Positions 47,304-57,286 of a stretch of DNA of 64,000 nucleotides are shown one piece after another. A program made the translations under genes and the position numbers. Each line of letters starts with the position of its first letter. Position 1 is the stretch's first letter. Location: positions 569,924 through 633,923 of the forward strand of contig AP024679.1 of assembly GCA_025999215.1 (NCBI GenBank). The letters are read 5' to 3'. A model generated the notes under the pieces. It ran no database searches, was not told the DNA's origin, and saw only the letters and a list, made by a program, of their open reading frames with translations. The stretch comes from Candidatus Dojkabacteria bacterium (GTDB lineage Bacteria > Patescibacteriota > Dojkabacteria > J137).

Positions 47304-47783
47304 TTGTTTCAAAAAATGCTCGCAGAGGCTGGAGTTTATTACACGCTTAGGCAGAATAAACTGGAAGAGTTCACCATTCATGGTCAGAATTTTAAATCAA
47401 GCCTATCAGTTTGTGTACTACATGAAGAAGGTCTTGGTATCTGTGAAACCTTGGAACGCACATCTTCGATCATGTTTGAGAGTTTTTTACCTCAGCATAA
47501 ATCCCTGAATGTAATAATTGAAGGGAATCAGCTGCATGAACATTTCAGGGTACATGCAAGTGTTGTCGATCCGATTTCCGTACTTTGGACCCTCGGTTTA
47601 AATCGTTATGCTTTACATTTATTCATAGCGAAAGATGGGGTTGTAACGGAAACCCATATACTGTTAGATGCGTTCTCGGACACAGAGATTTACAAAGAAC
47701 TTCTCGGTTTTATTGAGACTGCTGGCGTAAGCCAAAGCGCAAAAGTATATTGTATCTGTCTAGAAGAGCTAAGCAGGATCTAA
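47304..47783 (+). CDS. Hypothetical protein (higher-GC), start uncertain (TTG at 47304 or ATG at 47316; overlapping 81-aa ORF 47263-47508 has the better RBS)
   Basis: 159-aa ORF downstream of the repeat-borne promoter (TTGACA 47203-47208). It is followed by a strong terminator. Confidence 0.45.
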   Translation: MFQKMLAEAGVYYTLRQNKLEEFTIHGQNFKSSLSVCVLHEEGLGICETLERTSSIMFESFLPQHKSLNVIIEGNQLHEHFRVHASVVDPISVLWTLGLNRYALHLFIAKDGVVTETHILLDAFSDTEIYKELLGFIETAGVSQSAKVYCICLEELSRI

Positions 47784-47806
47784 CTTTATTATGTTGATCC
47801 TGTAGC

Positions 47807-47850
47807 GAAGAACAATAGCGCCCCTTTGGGGCGCTATTGTTCTTTTCTTA
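47807..47850 (+). terminator. Strong rho-independent terminator (17-bp GC-rich stem + T-tract)
   Basis: 'AAGAACAATAGCGCCCCtttgGGGCGCTATTGTTCTTttcttaattttt' lies directly after the ORF 47304-47783 stop. Confidence 0.85.
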
Positions 47851-47928
47851 ATTTTTCAAATCCTTCTAAATTTAACTTAATAAATTTTAACTCTTTGCAA
47901 TGCTTGCAATTTAGTTTAAAATTATTGC

Positions 47929-49002
47929 ATGAGGTTAGTTTTAAAGCATTATAATTTTGTAAGGATTTTTGTAATTTTAATAGTTACAATTTTCTCAGTA
48001 TCTTTTAATTTACTAACGAGTAAACAAGTTTTAGCATCTTCTGATATTACTCCTGAAAGTGTTCTTTTAGAGCACAACAAATATCGTACTCAACAAAACC
48101 TACCACCTTTAGAACGCAATTCTCTACTTGATTTTTCAGCTCTGCTTAAAGCTAATGAGATGATAAATCTTAATTGCTGGTCTCACTACTGCCCTCCGAA
48201 TAAAGCGCCATGGGATTTTATGAATGAAGCAGGATATAAATTTGTAATCGCAGGTGAAAATTTGGCTGAAGGTTTTAGCGATGTTAACACACTTATGCAA
48301 GCCTGGCTTAATAGTCCTACTCACCGAGACAATATTTTAAGAAACGAATATACTGAAATTGGTATTGCTGTAGTTTATGGAAACTTTAAAGGTAAAGAAA
48401 ATAATCCCGTAATAGTTGTTCATTTTGGTAAACCTGCATTAAATTCTGTTTCTGCAAATTTAAGCCAAAATATTAAAATAATTCAGCCAAACAATGACGA
48501 AGTTTACATGCAAAATTCAGTTGTTGTTAGAGGTCAAGCCCAAAATATCGAAAGTGTTGATTTAACTCTTGATTCAAAGCTTGTTAATTCTCAGAATATT
48601 TTAGATGGTTTATTTTTCTTTAATCTTGAAAATTTAGAATCAGGTAAACATCAAATTATCGTTTCTGATTCAAATAATCCCAATTTGAAAGATTCTGTTA
48701 GTTTTTATATTGATTCAGTTTTTACAAATCCATCAGAGGTTAATATTAATCAAACTCAAGAAGTGGAGAATAACTTTCAACTATCAGAAGTAAAAAATTC
48801 CGTTAACATTGGAATCACTTTAGTATTGATTAGTATTTTTATGTTTGATTTTTTGATATTGAAGTTTACAAATCTCAATACTCAAATTGATCATAATATT
48901 AAGCATAGTTCACTTCATTTTGGTATACTTGCTATAGTGCTTTTTATTTTGTTGACAGCCAACTTAGGTGGACATATTACTGATGAATCTTTTATTATTT
49001 AA
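47929..49002 (+). CDS. Secreted CAP/SCP/PR-1 domain protein with C-terminal TM anchor
   Basis: 'LEHNKYRTQ', 'GENLAEG' and 'HYTQ-like: AWLNSPTHRDNIL...YTEIGIAV' are CAP-domain conserved motifs. An N-terminal signal anchor and two C-terminal TMs are present. Confidence 0.7.
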   Translation: MRLVLKHYNFVRIFVILIVTIFSVSFNLLTSKQVLASSDITPESVLLEHNKYRTQQNLPPLERNSLLDFSALLKANEMINLNCWSHYCPPNKAPWDFMNEAGYKFVIAGENLAEGFSDVNTLMQAWLNSPTHRDNILRNEYTEIGIAVVYGNFKGKENNPVIVVHFGKPALNSVSANLSQNIKIIQPNNDEVYMQNSVVVRGQAQNIESVDLTLDSKLVNSQNILDGLFFFNLENLESGKHQIIVSDSNNPNLKDSVSFYIDSVFTNPSEVNINQTQEVENNFQLSEVKNSVNIGITLVLISIFMFDFLILKFTNLNTQIDHNIKHSSLHFGILAIVLFILLTANLGGHITDESFII

Positions 49003-49007
49003 AATCT

Positions 49008-50447
49008 ATGAAAAAAATTTTACTTGAAATTGAAAATAAGAGTTTTAGTTTTTTTATTCCTGCAAATTTTTATGAATTTTTGAGTGTTCTACTACAAAGT
49101 TTGTTTTTGGTGTTTTTTCCAGTCCTTATATTTTTAGTTCTTTTCAGTAATGAACAAAATATTGAAAATAATTTATTTAATTTTTTAATTACTTTTGTAA
49201 GCATTGGAATTTCAGTTTATTTAGTCAAAAGTATATTATTTGGCAATAATTTAAAAGTTGATCCTCCTGGTTTTATTTTTGTTTTAGTTTTTGCTTTGTG
49301 TATTACGTTTTCGTCTTTTGTGTCTTCTTCTTACACTACTAATTCTCAATTATTAACTTTTGGCAGCTCTCAGTCGAGAACATTATCAAGCGTTTTTGCG
49401 CTTTGTATTTTGGGTCTATATTTTTTATCAAGTTATAATTTTAAAGATTATTCTTATTTTAAAAAATTTTTAAGTTTAAACGCTCTAACCTATATTATCT
49501 TTTTGATTCTTTCAATTTTTATCAATCTTAATGGAATTGAAGCTTTTTTATTACTCTCATCTGCTCATATATTTGCAATAATTGCAATAACTTGTCAAAA
49601 AAAGTTAAGAATATTTGGATTATTTTTAACTTTTATCACATTAATCTATTTTTTCTATACCAATTCTCAAAATTTAACAATTCCTAACATTGTAATTCTT
49701 TTTGTGGTGCTAATTACTTTGTTATTGCCAATTTCAGTAATTTTCACTTTTAATTATATAGAATTAAACTCATCTAAAAATTCTAATAAAAATTTATCAA
49801 TTGAAATCCTTAAAAATTCAAATTTACATAAACTATTGTTAGTTTACCTAATTCTTTTGTTCATTTTTATTTATTTGAACTTTACAAGCAACACTTTGGA
49901 AGTTTTTTTAACACAGGTTTATGATAAATATTTGGATTATTTCAATTTTCTAAAAATTCTCTGGGATGATGGAGCAACTTCCTTTTTAAAAGAATTATTT
50001 TTTGGTGTTAAAAATATAAATTATAATTCAAATAATTTACCATTTATGCTTTTGGTGTTAATAAATCATGGATTGTTTGGATTTGTTGGATTCTTAGCTA
50101 TTTATTTGTATGGGTTTTATGCTGGTATGAAATCTATGTTTTATGATTTAAATTCTAAAAAAATCGGCTTTATATGGGTTTATGCCTTTGTTATTATTTT
50201 TATATCAATTTTTTCGTTTTTAAGTTTTGTTAATATTTTTATGTCCTTACTATGGTGGATATCATTAAGTTTAACTTCTTTTTACCTTTCATCTCATTTA
50301 GATGAAACCTATTTAAAAAACAATATTTTTCATGATGAAAACAAAGAAAATAAAAATTTTTCGATAATTATCTTTTCATTAAGAGTTTTTTTAGCTATTA
50401 TGGTTGTAAGTGTAGCTTTGCTTATATTTACTGAAGTATATTTTTAA
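49008..50447 (+). CDS. Large polytopic membrane protein (>=10 TM), unknown function
   Basis: 479 aa, almost entirely hydrophobic helices. Confidence 0.5.
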   Translation: MKKILLEIENKSFSFFIPANFYEFLSVLLQSLFLVFFPVLIFLVLFSNEQNIENNLFNFLITFVSIGISVYLVKSILFGNNLKVDPPGFIFVLVFALCITFSSFVSSSYTTNSQLLTFGSSQSRTLSSVFALCILGLYFLSSYNFKDYSYFKKFLSLNALTYIIFLILSIFINLNGIEAFLLLSSAHIFAIIAITCQKKLRIFGLFLTFITLIYFFYTNSQNLTIPNIVILFVVLITLLLPISVIFTFNYIELNSSKNSNKNLSIEILKNSNLHKLLLVYLILLFIFIYLNFTSNTLEVFLTQVYDKYLDYFNFLKILWDDGATSFLKELFFGVKNINYNSNNLPFMLLVLINHGLFGFVGFLAIYLYGFYAGMKSMFYDLNSKKIGFIWVYAFVIIFISIFSFLSFVNIFMSLLWWISLSLTSFYLSSHLDETYLKNNIFHDENKENKNFSIIIFSLRVFLAIMVVSVALLIFTEVYF

Positions 50448-50450
50448 AAT

Positions 50451-53011
50451 ATGTCAAAATCAAAAAAAATTGCAATATTAATTCTTGGTATTTTAACTCT
50501 ATTCTTTGGGATAGCATCAATTTACTTGGTATCGCAACTTTCTCAAGAAGACACTGCTCCTGATGATAGTAGCGCACAAGTTTTGCAATGCGGATCGTAT
50601 GTTTGTGTGAGAGATGGAGTTAATCTTGAAGTTGTAAATCAAGACTGTAACTATACAGGTCCTTATAATTGTAATGATAGAGCACTAAATTATTGTAGGG
50701 AAAAATATGGATCAAGAACTACAACTCAACCACTGCAGGGTCCAAACTGTACGCAAACTGGAGGTCCTACTACGGGTGGAGAACCTCCACTAACAGGATC
50801 AACTAAAAATAAAAATATTGGTGATGAATGTATACCTAATCAAGACGCTACCAGAACTAGGTGGCTGTGATGGAGACGGCCCTTTAGTGTGTAGTGGAAC
50901 AGTTGGTTTATATTGTCCTCCTGGTACACCAAATGCAGGTAAATCTGTTTGTATGTGGGGAGGAGAAGGTCAATCATTCCGAACAAGCCTTCTCTGCTGC
51001 ATGTGGTTCACCAGGAAGTGGTGGAACGCCAAATCCTAAATGTGTAACTTCAAGTGGTATTGCTGTTCCTAACGGTTACATCGAATGCTACACAAATTCC
51101 ACACTGAAAAAGGGAAGGCAATGTGGTCCTAACGGTTGGATTGAAAATGTAGAAGCTGATGCATGTGGTGCACGTGCTGGAACTGCGATTAACGATACAA
51201 CAATATTTAAAGGTTGCGGTCCGATTTCTGGTTATACAATCATTCGTCGTGATGAAGGTAATTTACCGGATACTTGTTATAACTGTTATGATTACGAAGA
51301 CGGTGATGATGATCAAACCAATAACAGAAAGGAATGTTACTTTGAAGGGTCTTCATGTGGTGCAAGGATTGAATGTTATAAACCGACCTTTACGCAAAAT
51401 CCACCAATCACTGAACCACCTTCAACTGAGCCACCTCCTCCACCACAGTCTGATGCTCAATGTGGCGATTCGTGCACATCAGATAGTGATTGTGTTTCTA
51501 GCAACAATGTATGTGATAATGGAGTTTGTAAATTAAACATTTGTGCATCTAACCCAAGTGCTTGTAATCCTGATCTGTGCTCTATTGCGCCTACGAACCA
51601 AGTTGGTAGTGTTAGTGGTACTGCGTACTGTGAAGATAATCCAGGCACAAGATATCCAATTGCTAACTCATTCGTAACTCTAACATTAAGCAATGGAAGT
51701 CAAACTATTGTTCAAACTGATTCAAATGGTAACTATACATTCAATAACTTAGATAATCCAAACGATACCACAGCGCCATATGTGGTGAGTGTAAGTCACA
51801 GTCTTCCACAAGGATCACTTAGTAATGGTCAACCTTTTTCATTACTCAATGGACCAAATGCTGTTAATTGTTCAAATACTTCATTAACTGGATGTTCAGC
51901 TGATAGCTGTGGAAACAGTAATGAAACATACAACATGTGTGAGTTGAATGATGGTGAAAATGGAACAAATTTTGATTTTGCTTATACTAATTGTGAACCT
52001 ATCGCAAATGCTTGCATAGGATTAAATGAAATTGGTCCTGATCCCGTTGATAGTGGTGCAGGGAATATTATGATTTATGTTCTTGAGTATCAATCTGCTC
52101 AAGCTACAAATCCTTTCCCTAATATCAGGTTACGTGTTGGTCCTAGCGCTTCACCAGTTGGTCGTGACAGCAACAATCCATCTAGCAACTTAGTTGCGCC
52201 AGCAAGTACTAGTTATAATTCTTCAACAGGTATTTGGACATATTATTTTGAATGGGAAGTTGCTGAAACTGACAATAGTGATGTATTAGATGGAAGTTAT
52301 GATGTTAGAGTTATCACAGATGGTGTAAGTGCGGAAATATCTGATTCATCTTGTATTGAACAAATAGTCGTAACACAAGGAACTGTTCAAGAGCCTGTGT
52401 TTAATATTGTTAAGGAAAGTGCTGATATTTGTTTATCTGATGGCAGTGCACAAATTGATTACACCATAAGAGTAACTAACATCGGACCAGTGTCTGGCGT
52501 AATTGATTATGTTGAAGATACTTTTGATCCTGATTTAGTTCAATACGGAATCACACCTACAGCAATTTCACCATCATTTGGAGTAGTGAGTGGCAACACA
52601 ATAAGATGGGAGGGAAGTGTGAGTGACAGAACTTTTGCTTCAAATCAATCACGAACTTACACATACCGTGTTGTAATCCCACAAAATAGGTTAGTTTACT
52701 TCACAATGGGTGTTGATAATGAAGTTGAACTATCCTTTACAACAGACGAAACCAACACCTTGACATTTTCACTTAACACACCAGTTCAGTGTACAATACC
52801 AGGCATTCCTGATACTTCAATTTCAGACTCACGATTACTGCTTGTTGGTATGATGTTTATAATTGTTGGTTTAATAGTTTATAAAACTGGATTTGGAAGT
52901 ATGTATATTGAAAAATTAATAAATTCTGGAATCGAAGTAACTGATAAAAAAATTACTAAATTAATGCCGTTTGAGGAAAGACTTCAAAAAGAAGCTAGAA
53001 AAAGAAGATAA
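50451..53011 (+). pseudogene. Higher-GC Cys-rich cell-surface protein gene with DUF11-like repeat and C-terminal TM anchor, interrupted by two frameshifts (ORFs 50451-50870, 50818-51039, 50894-53011)
   Basis: Three consecutive overlapping ORFs in frames 0, 1 and 2 all encode Cys/Gly/Pro-rich sequence. The frame switches near 50845-50870 and 50965-50995. 'IDYTIRVTNIGPVSGVIDYVEDTFDP' is DUF11-like. The C-terminal 'LLLVGMMFIIVGLIVY' TM is followed by a KK-rich tail. Confidence 0.6.
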
Positions 53012-53320
53012 TTGATATTTTTTAAAATAACTAAAATGAAATTTAATTTGAGATATTTATTGATTATAGTGATAATTTTTAACTTTAGTTTTTTACTTTT
53101 TCAAGTTAACGCTCAACCAAGTGAGTTGAATGAAATTCCTGAAGCTATACCAGAAGAAATACCAACAAATGATGTTCCATTAGAACAGACGAATACAGTA
53201 GCTCAAGATATAGATGAGATCAAGAGGCAACAGTTTATTGATGGAGCAATAGTTGGTGGCGGTTTTGGGATAATTGCTGGTGGCGTAATTGTTTGGTTTT
53301 TAAAAGATACTTTTTTTTAA
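53012..53320 (+). CDS. Small secreted/membrane protein with acidic Pro/Glu-rich linker and C-terminal TM
   Basis: 102 aa with an N-terminal signal, 'PEAIPEEIPTNDVPLEQ', and a C-terminal 'GGFGIIAGGVIVWFL' TM. Confidence 0.45.
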   Translation: MIFFKITKMKFNLRYLLIIVIIFNFSFLLFQVNAQPSELNEIPEAIPEEIPTNDVPLEQTNTVAQDIDEIKRQQFIDGAIVGGGFGIIAGGVIVWFLKDTFF

Positions 53321-53321
53321 T

Positions 53322-53606
53322 ATGTTTCAAACAGTTTTTTTTACAACAATTCGCACCATCGCTATACCTTATGTAGCGTATAGGATTTTATCGTCTGGTT
53401 TTGTAGCGGAAAGTAATGCATTATTAATTGTATGCATTGGCTTAACTATTACAGTAGCCCTATCGCTACTTTTTCAAATTTTAAGACTATTTACCAATAT
53501 CATCTTATTAAAACCCCAAAGTGCATTTCAGCGTTTTGTAACAATATTAATTGAATTAGCTAGTGTTGCTGGTTTTTGGTACTATTACATTGTTAATTTT
53601 TCGTAA
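53322..53606 (+). CDS. Small 3-TM membrane protein
   Basis: 94-aa hydrophobic ORF tightly spaced between its neighbours. Confidence 0.4.
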   Translation: MFQTVFFTTIRTIAIPYVAYRILSSGFVAESNALLIVCIGLTITVALSLLFQILRLFTNIILLKPQSAFQRFVTILIELASVAGFWYYYIVNFS

Positions 53607-54602
53607 ATGAAAACGGTTTATGTTAGAGATATCAAGAAAAACATGTTTATTGATAGTGAAGCATTTGTAGTTTTAGATTATTCAGAATCTAAAGATAAAA
53701 ATGGAAATACCTATTACAATATTACATTCGGTGATAAAACAGGGAAAATTCCTGCCAAACTCTGGTCTCAACAATTTGAAACAGCAAATCCCAAACTTCT
53801 AAAAACTGGGAAAATTTTATCGGTTACTGCTAAAGTAGATGATTTTCGGGGTTCGTTACAATTAAATGTCCAAGAATTAAAGCTTTTAGATGAAACATCT
53901 CTAGATGAATTTATAGAGTCGTCTGAATATGACCCAGATGAAATGATTAAAAAACTCTTCAGCTATGTGAAAAGTATACAAAATGAATCACTTAGAAAAG
54001 TAATTACCAATATTTTAAGTGATGAAGAGATAGGAAGAAAATTTAAGTATTGGCCAGCAGGAAATTCTATACATCATGCGTTCAGATCAGGTTTATTACA
54101 ACATGTTTTAGAAATGTTAGAAATAGCTGAAAGTCTTAAAAATTTCTATACAAGACTTAATTTTGATGTATTAACTGCTGGAATAATTCTACACGATATT
54201 GGAAAAATAGAAGAGCTTAGTGGTGGCTTAGTTTCAAATTATACTCTTAAAGGAGGTTTGCTTGGGCATATAGTTTTGGGTGTTAAAATTTTTGATAGAT
54301 TTGCTGATGAATTAGATGAAAATACTAAAAATCATATTGAACATTTAATTTTATCTCATCATGGTCGATTAGAATACGGTAGTCCAATTTTACCCGCTAC
54401 TCCAGAAGCAATTGCTTTGCACTATATTGATAATTTATCCTCTAAATTAAGGTCGGCATTCAATGCAGTTGATGAAATTTCTGATGAAGAAGAATTAGGA
54501 AGACCTAACTATTTTTTAGAAGGTGCGAGGTTTTGGAAGGGACATAATAGTAATAGTGATGAATCAAATGACAGTGATGATGACCAAATTTCGCTTGTTT
54601 AG
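53607..54602 (+). CDS. OB-fold + HD-domain 3'-5' exoribonuclease (YhaM-like)
   Basis: The N-terminal OB-fold region is followed by the HD motifs 'IILHDIGK' and 'ILSHHGRLEYGSP'. Confidence 0.7.
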   Translation: MKTVYVRDIKKNMFIDSEAFVVLDYSESKDKNGNTYYNITFGDKTGKIPAKLWSQQFETANPKLLKTGKILSVTAKVDDFRGSLQLNVQELKLLDETSLDEFIESSEYDPDEMIKKLFSYVKSIQNESLRKVITNILSDEEIGRKFKYWPAGNSIHHAFRSGLLQHVLEMLEIAESLKNFYTRLNFDVLTAGIILHDIGKIEELSGGLVSNYTLKGGLLGHIVLGVKIFDRFADELDENTKNHIEHLILSHHGRLEYGSPILPATPEAIALHYIDNLSSKLRSAFNAVDEISDEEELGRPNYFLEGARFWKGHNSNSDESNDSDDDQISLV

Positions 54603-54632
54603 ATTTTAAGCATTACATGCTAAAATCTACTC

Positions 54633-55220
54633 ATGAGATTATTTATTGCTGTTTTTCCACCAAAAGAGTATTTGGAATATTTTAGAAATGTTGCAAGATT
54701 GTTTAACAAACAAAAACGAAACTTAAAATTTGTTCCTACTGATCAATTACATATTACTTTAAAATTTCTTGGAAATTCTGTTAGTGAAAATTCTTACAAT
54801 ATTATCAGGGAATCTTTAGTTGAAAATTCACATAGTTTTAAACCTGTAAACATAGAGTTATCTGATATCTCTTTTGGTTTTCCTAAAGAAAGATTTCCCA
54901 AAATTTTATTATCAAAAGTTAAATCAACAGAATCATTAGTTGGTTTATCAGATGAAATTCATAATTTAACACAAGCATTGAAACTCAAAGATACTATCAG
55001 AAGAAAAAATAGATACGCAAATAATTTTCATGTAACCTTAGCCAGACTAAAAGATAACGCTCAAAAAAGTACAGCCAAAAATATCAAATCCATGACTGAA
55101 AACATTAATCTTCAAAAACCTGAGCCAATTGAAATTGATGAGTTTTACATTGTGGAAAGTATTATCAATCAAAAGGGCGTAAGTTATAAAAAGCTTGATA
55201 GATTTACTCTTTATCGATAA
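54633..55220 (+). CDS. 2H-phosphoesterase superfamily RNA 2',3'-cyclic phosphodiesterase (ThpR/LigT-like)
   Basis: There are two HxT/SxT motifs, 'HITLKFLG' and 'HVTLARL'. Confidence 0.75.
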   Translation: MRLFIAVFPPKEYLEYFRNVARLFNKQKRNLKFVPTDQLHITLKFLGNSVSENSYNIIRESLVENSHSFKPVNIELSDISFGFPKERFPKILLSKVKSTESLVGLSDEIHNLTQALKLKDTIRRKNRYANNFHVTLARLKDNAQKSTAKNIKSMTENINLQKPEPIEIDEFYIVESIINQKGVSYKKLDRFTLYR

Positions 55221-55503
55221 TTTTACTTGTTTTTATAAATCCGTTTTTTAACCTACCATTGGTTGCGTTAGAAAGTAACTTTTTAAAGTTTTCAAATTTT
55301 CTTGGTTTGTCTTTTTGTAAAACATTCCTTCTGTAGTTTAATAAATGATGTGATTTATCAACATCATTAACATCAATATTTTTAATTTGTGAAATGTATT
55401 CCAAAATATTATCAATTTCTCGTTGAAATTTCTCTACCTCAGCTTCTGTTAATCTTAGTTTAGCTAGCTTTGCAATATGTAAAATTTGCTTCCTTGATAT
55501 CAT
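55204..55503 (-). CDS. gatC: Asp/Glu-tRNA amidotransferase subunit C
   Basis: 99 aa. 'ILHIAKLAKLRLTEAEVEKFQREIDNILEYISQI' matches the conserved GatC N-terminal region. Confidence 0.75.
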   Translation of the reverse strand: MISRKQILHIAKLAKLRLTEAEVEKFQREIDNILEYISQIKNIDVNDVDKSHHLLNYRRNVLQKDKPRKFENFKKLLSNATNGRLKNGFIKTSKIIDKE

Positions 55504-55512
55504 ACGTAAAAT

Positions 55513-56883
55513 TTAATCTAACTTAACTACCTCTTTCCATTTTGGAATATAAGTATTTGCAATGTCAAGCTCATCTTTCAAATGATTTTTCATGTTAATA
55601 GCTCTTTCCTTTTCTGCATGAATCAAAAATACTTTTTTAAGATTATCAGATTTTTTTGGTTCAAGCCAATTTTCATAATCAACAGTATCACCATGCGCTG
55701 AAAAACCATGCAGATATTCAATGCGTGCATTAACTGGAATATTTTTTGTACCAATTCTAACCTTTTTAGTTCCTTCAACCAATACTCTTCCCATCGTACC
55801 CTCAGCTTGATATCCAACAAATACAACACTATTCTTTTTGTTTTTTAAACCATGAAATAGATGTTCCACAATTCTTCCTCCGTCTGCCATACCGCTTCCT
55901 GCAATTATAATTTGACCTTTATGTTTTCTAAGTTTAATTGATTCTTTATATTTTTTAACATAATGTAAGTTTGGAAAGTCAAAAAGTGGTTCATCAGTTT
56001 GTTGTAATGATTTCAAATAAATGTTTGTAATTCTTTGAGCTAAAGGACTGTCTAACCAAACATGCACATCTTGATCAAGAGATCCATTTAATTTTGCATG
56101 TTTGAAAATTGTTAACAATAACTGAGTTCGTTGTAGGGCAAATGAAGGAATAAATACATTGCCTCCACGCTCTAGTGTCTCATTTACAATATTAAGTAAA
56201 TCTTGAGTTGAGTCTTCTATTGGTGGATGAAACATTCCTCCATAAAGAGATTCAAGCAAAATATAGTCTGGATTTGACTTATATACCAAATCATATGAAT
56301 CTATAATTTTTTCTTTAGCTCGTCCAATATCACCCGAAAATAAAATGGTACGCTTACCATCAACATCATCAATTTCAACTTCAACGCTTGCAGCTCCTAA
56401 AACATGACCTGCTCTAATAAAAGTTATTTTTATACCTTCAACTGGTTCAAAAGTATCTCTAAAATTTACAGATACAAATTGCGAAATGGTGTCTGAAGCA
56501 TCTTTTGAGTTATAAATTAATTTTACTTCATCAACAAATTTTCCAAAAGGAATTCCCCTTTTAAAATTATTTTCTTGAATTTTGGCAGAATCAAGTAAAA
56601 TTTCTGTAGCTAAAGATATAGTACTCGTAGTTGCATAAATTTTACCTGAAAAACCTTCTCTTACTAACTTTGGAAATAATCCACAATGATCTAAATGCGC
56701 ATGAGTTAGCACAGCAAAATCTACAGATGAAGGATCATAATTAAAATCTTCTAAGTTCCTATATTCAACATCTGGACCTTGAAACATTCCACAGTCAACA
56801 ATAAATGTACCTCTACTAGATTTAACCAAAAAATTAGAGCCGGTCACCGTCTCAGCTGCTCCTCCAAATTCAATTGTAATCAT
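55513..56883 (-). CDS. MBL-fold beta-CASP ribonuclease (RNase J-like)
   Basis: 'LTHAHLDHCG' is the HxHxDH motif, and the N-terminal 'IEFGGAAETVTGSNFLV' is beta-CASP-typical. About 456 aa. Confidence 0.75.
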   Translation of the reverse strand: MITIEFGGAAETVTGSNFLVKSSRGTFIVDCGMFQGPDVEYRNLEDFNYDPSSVDFAVLTHAHLDHCGLFPKLVREGFSGKIYATTSTISLATEILLDSAKIQENNFKRGIPFGKFVDEVKLIYNSKDASDTISQFVSVNFRDTFEPVEGIKITFIRAGHVLGAASVEVEIDDVDGKRTILFSGDIGRAKEKIIDSYDLVYKSNPDYILLESLYGGMFHPPIEDSTQDLLNIVNETLERGGNVFIPSFALQRTQLLLTIFKHAKLNGSLDQDVHVWLDSPLAQRITNIYLKSLQQTDEPLFDFPNLHYVKKYKESIKLRKHKGQIIIAGSGMADGGRIVEHLFHGLKNKKNSVVFVGYQAEGTMGRVLVEGTKKVRIGTKNIPVNARIEYLHGFSAHGDTVDYENWLEPKKSDNLKKVFLIHAEKERAINMKNHLKDELDIANTYIPKWKEVVKLD

Positions 56884-56951
56884 TCTTATTCTTTAACAAA
56901 TTAAACATTGTATTATATCACAAAGTATAATATTCTTTAAAAATAAATTTA

Positions 56952-57284
56952 ATGTTAAAATTTAGCGTGATTCCAAAAAAATATCGTCTAGACAAACGTG
57001 AAATTAAAACAATTTTTGAAAATGGTAAAAAGATAAAATTGAATGGTTTTAGCATTTATTATCAAAAAACTGACGAGGAATACCAGTGCGCAGTAATAGT
57101 ATCTACTAAAGTTAGCAAAAAGTCTGTTGTTCGAAATAGAATTAAAAGAATTTTTAAAAACGCTTTTTTTCAATTAGCGAAACATAAAAAAATTGCCCCC
57201 GCCAAAATTGTAATAGTTGTAAATAACGATTTTGATTTATCTTTAAAATCAACCGATTTGGAAAAATTAATTAAAATAAAATAA
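56952..57284 (+). CDS. rnpA: Ribonuclease P protein component
   Basis: 110 aa, basic. The 'RNRIKRIFKNAF' RNR motif and overall size match RnpA. Confidence 0.75.
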   Translation: MLKFSVIPKKYRLDKREIKTIFENGKKIKLNGFSIYYQKTDEEYQCAVIVSTKVSKKSVVRNRIKRIFKNAFFQLAKHKKIAPAKIVIVVNNDFDLSLKSTDLEKLIKIK

Positions 57285-57286
57285 AA

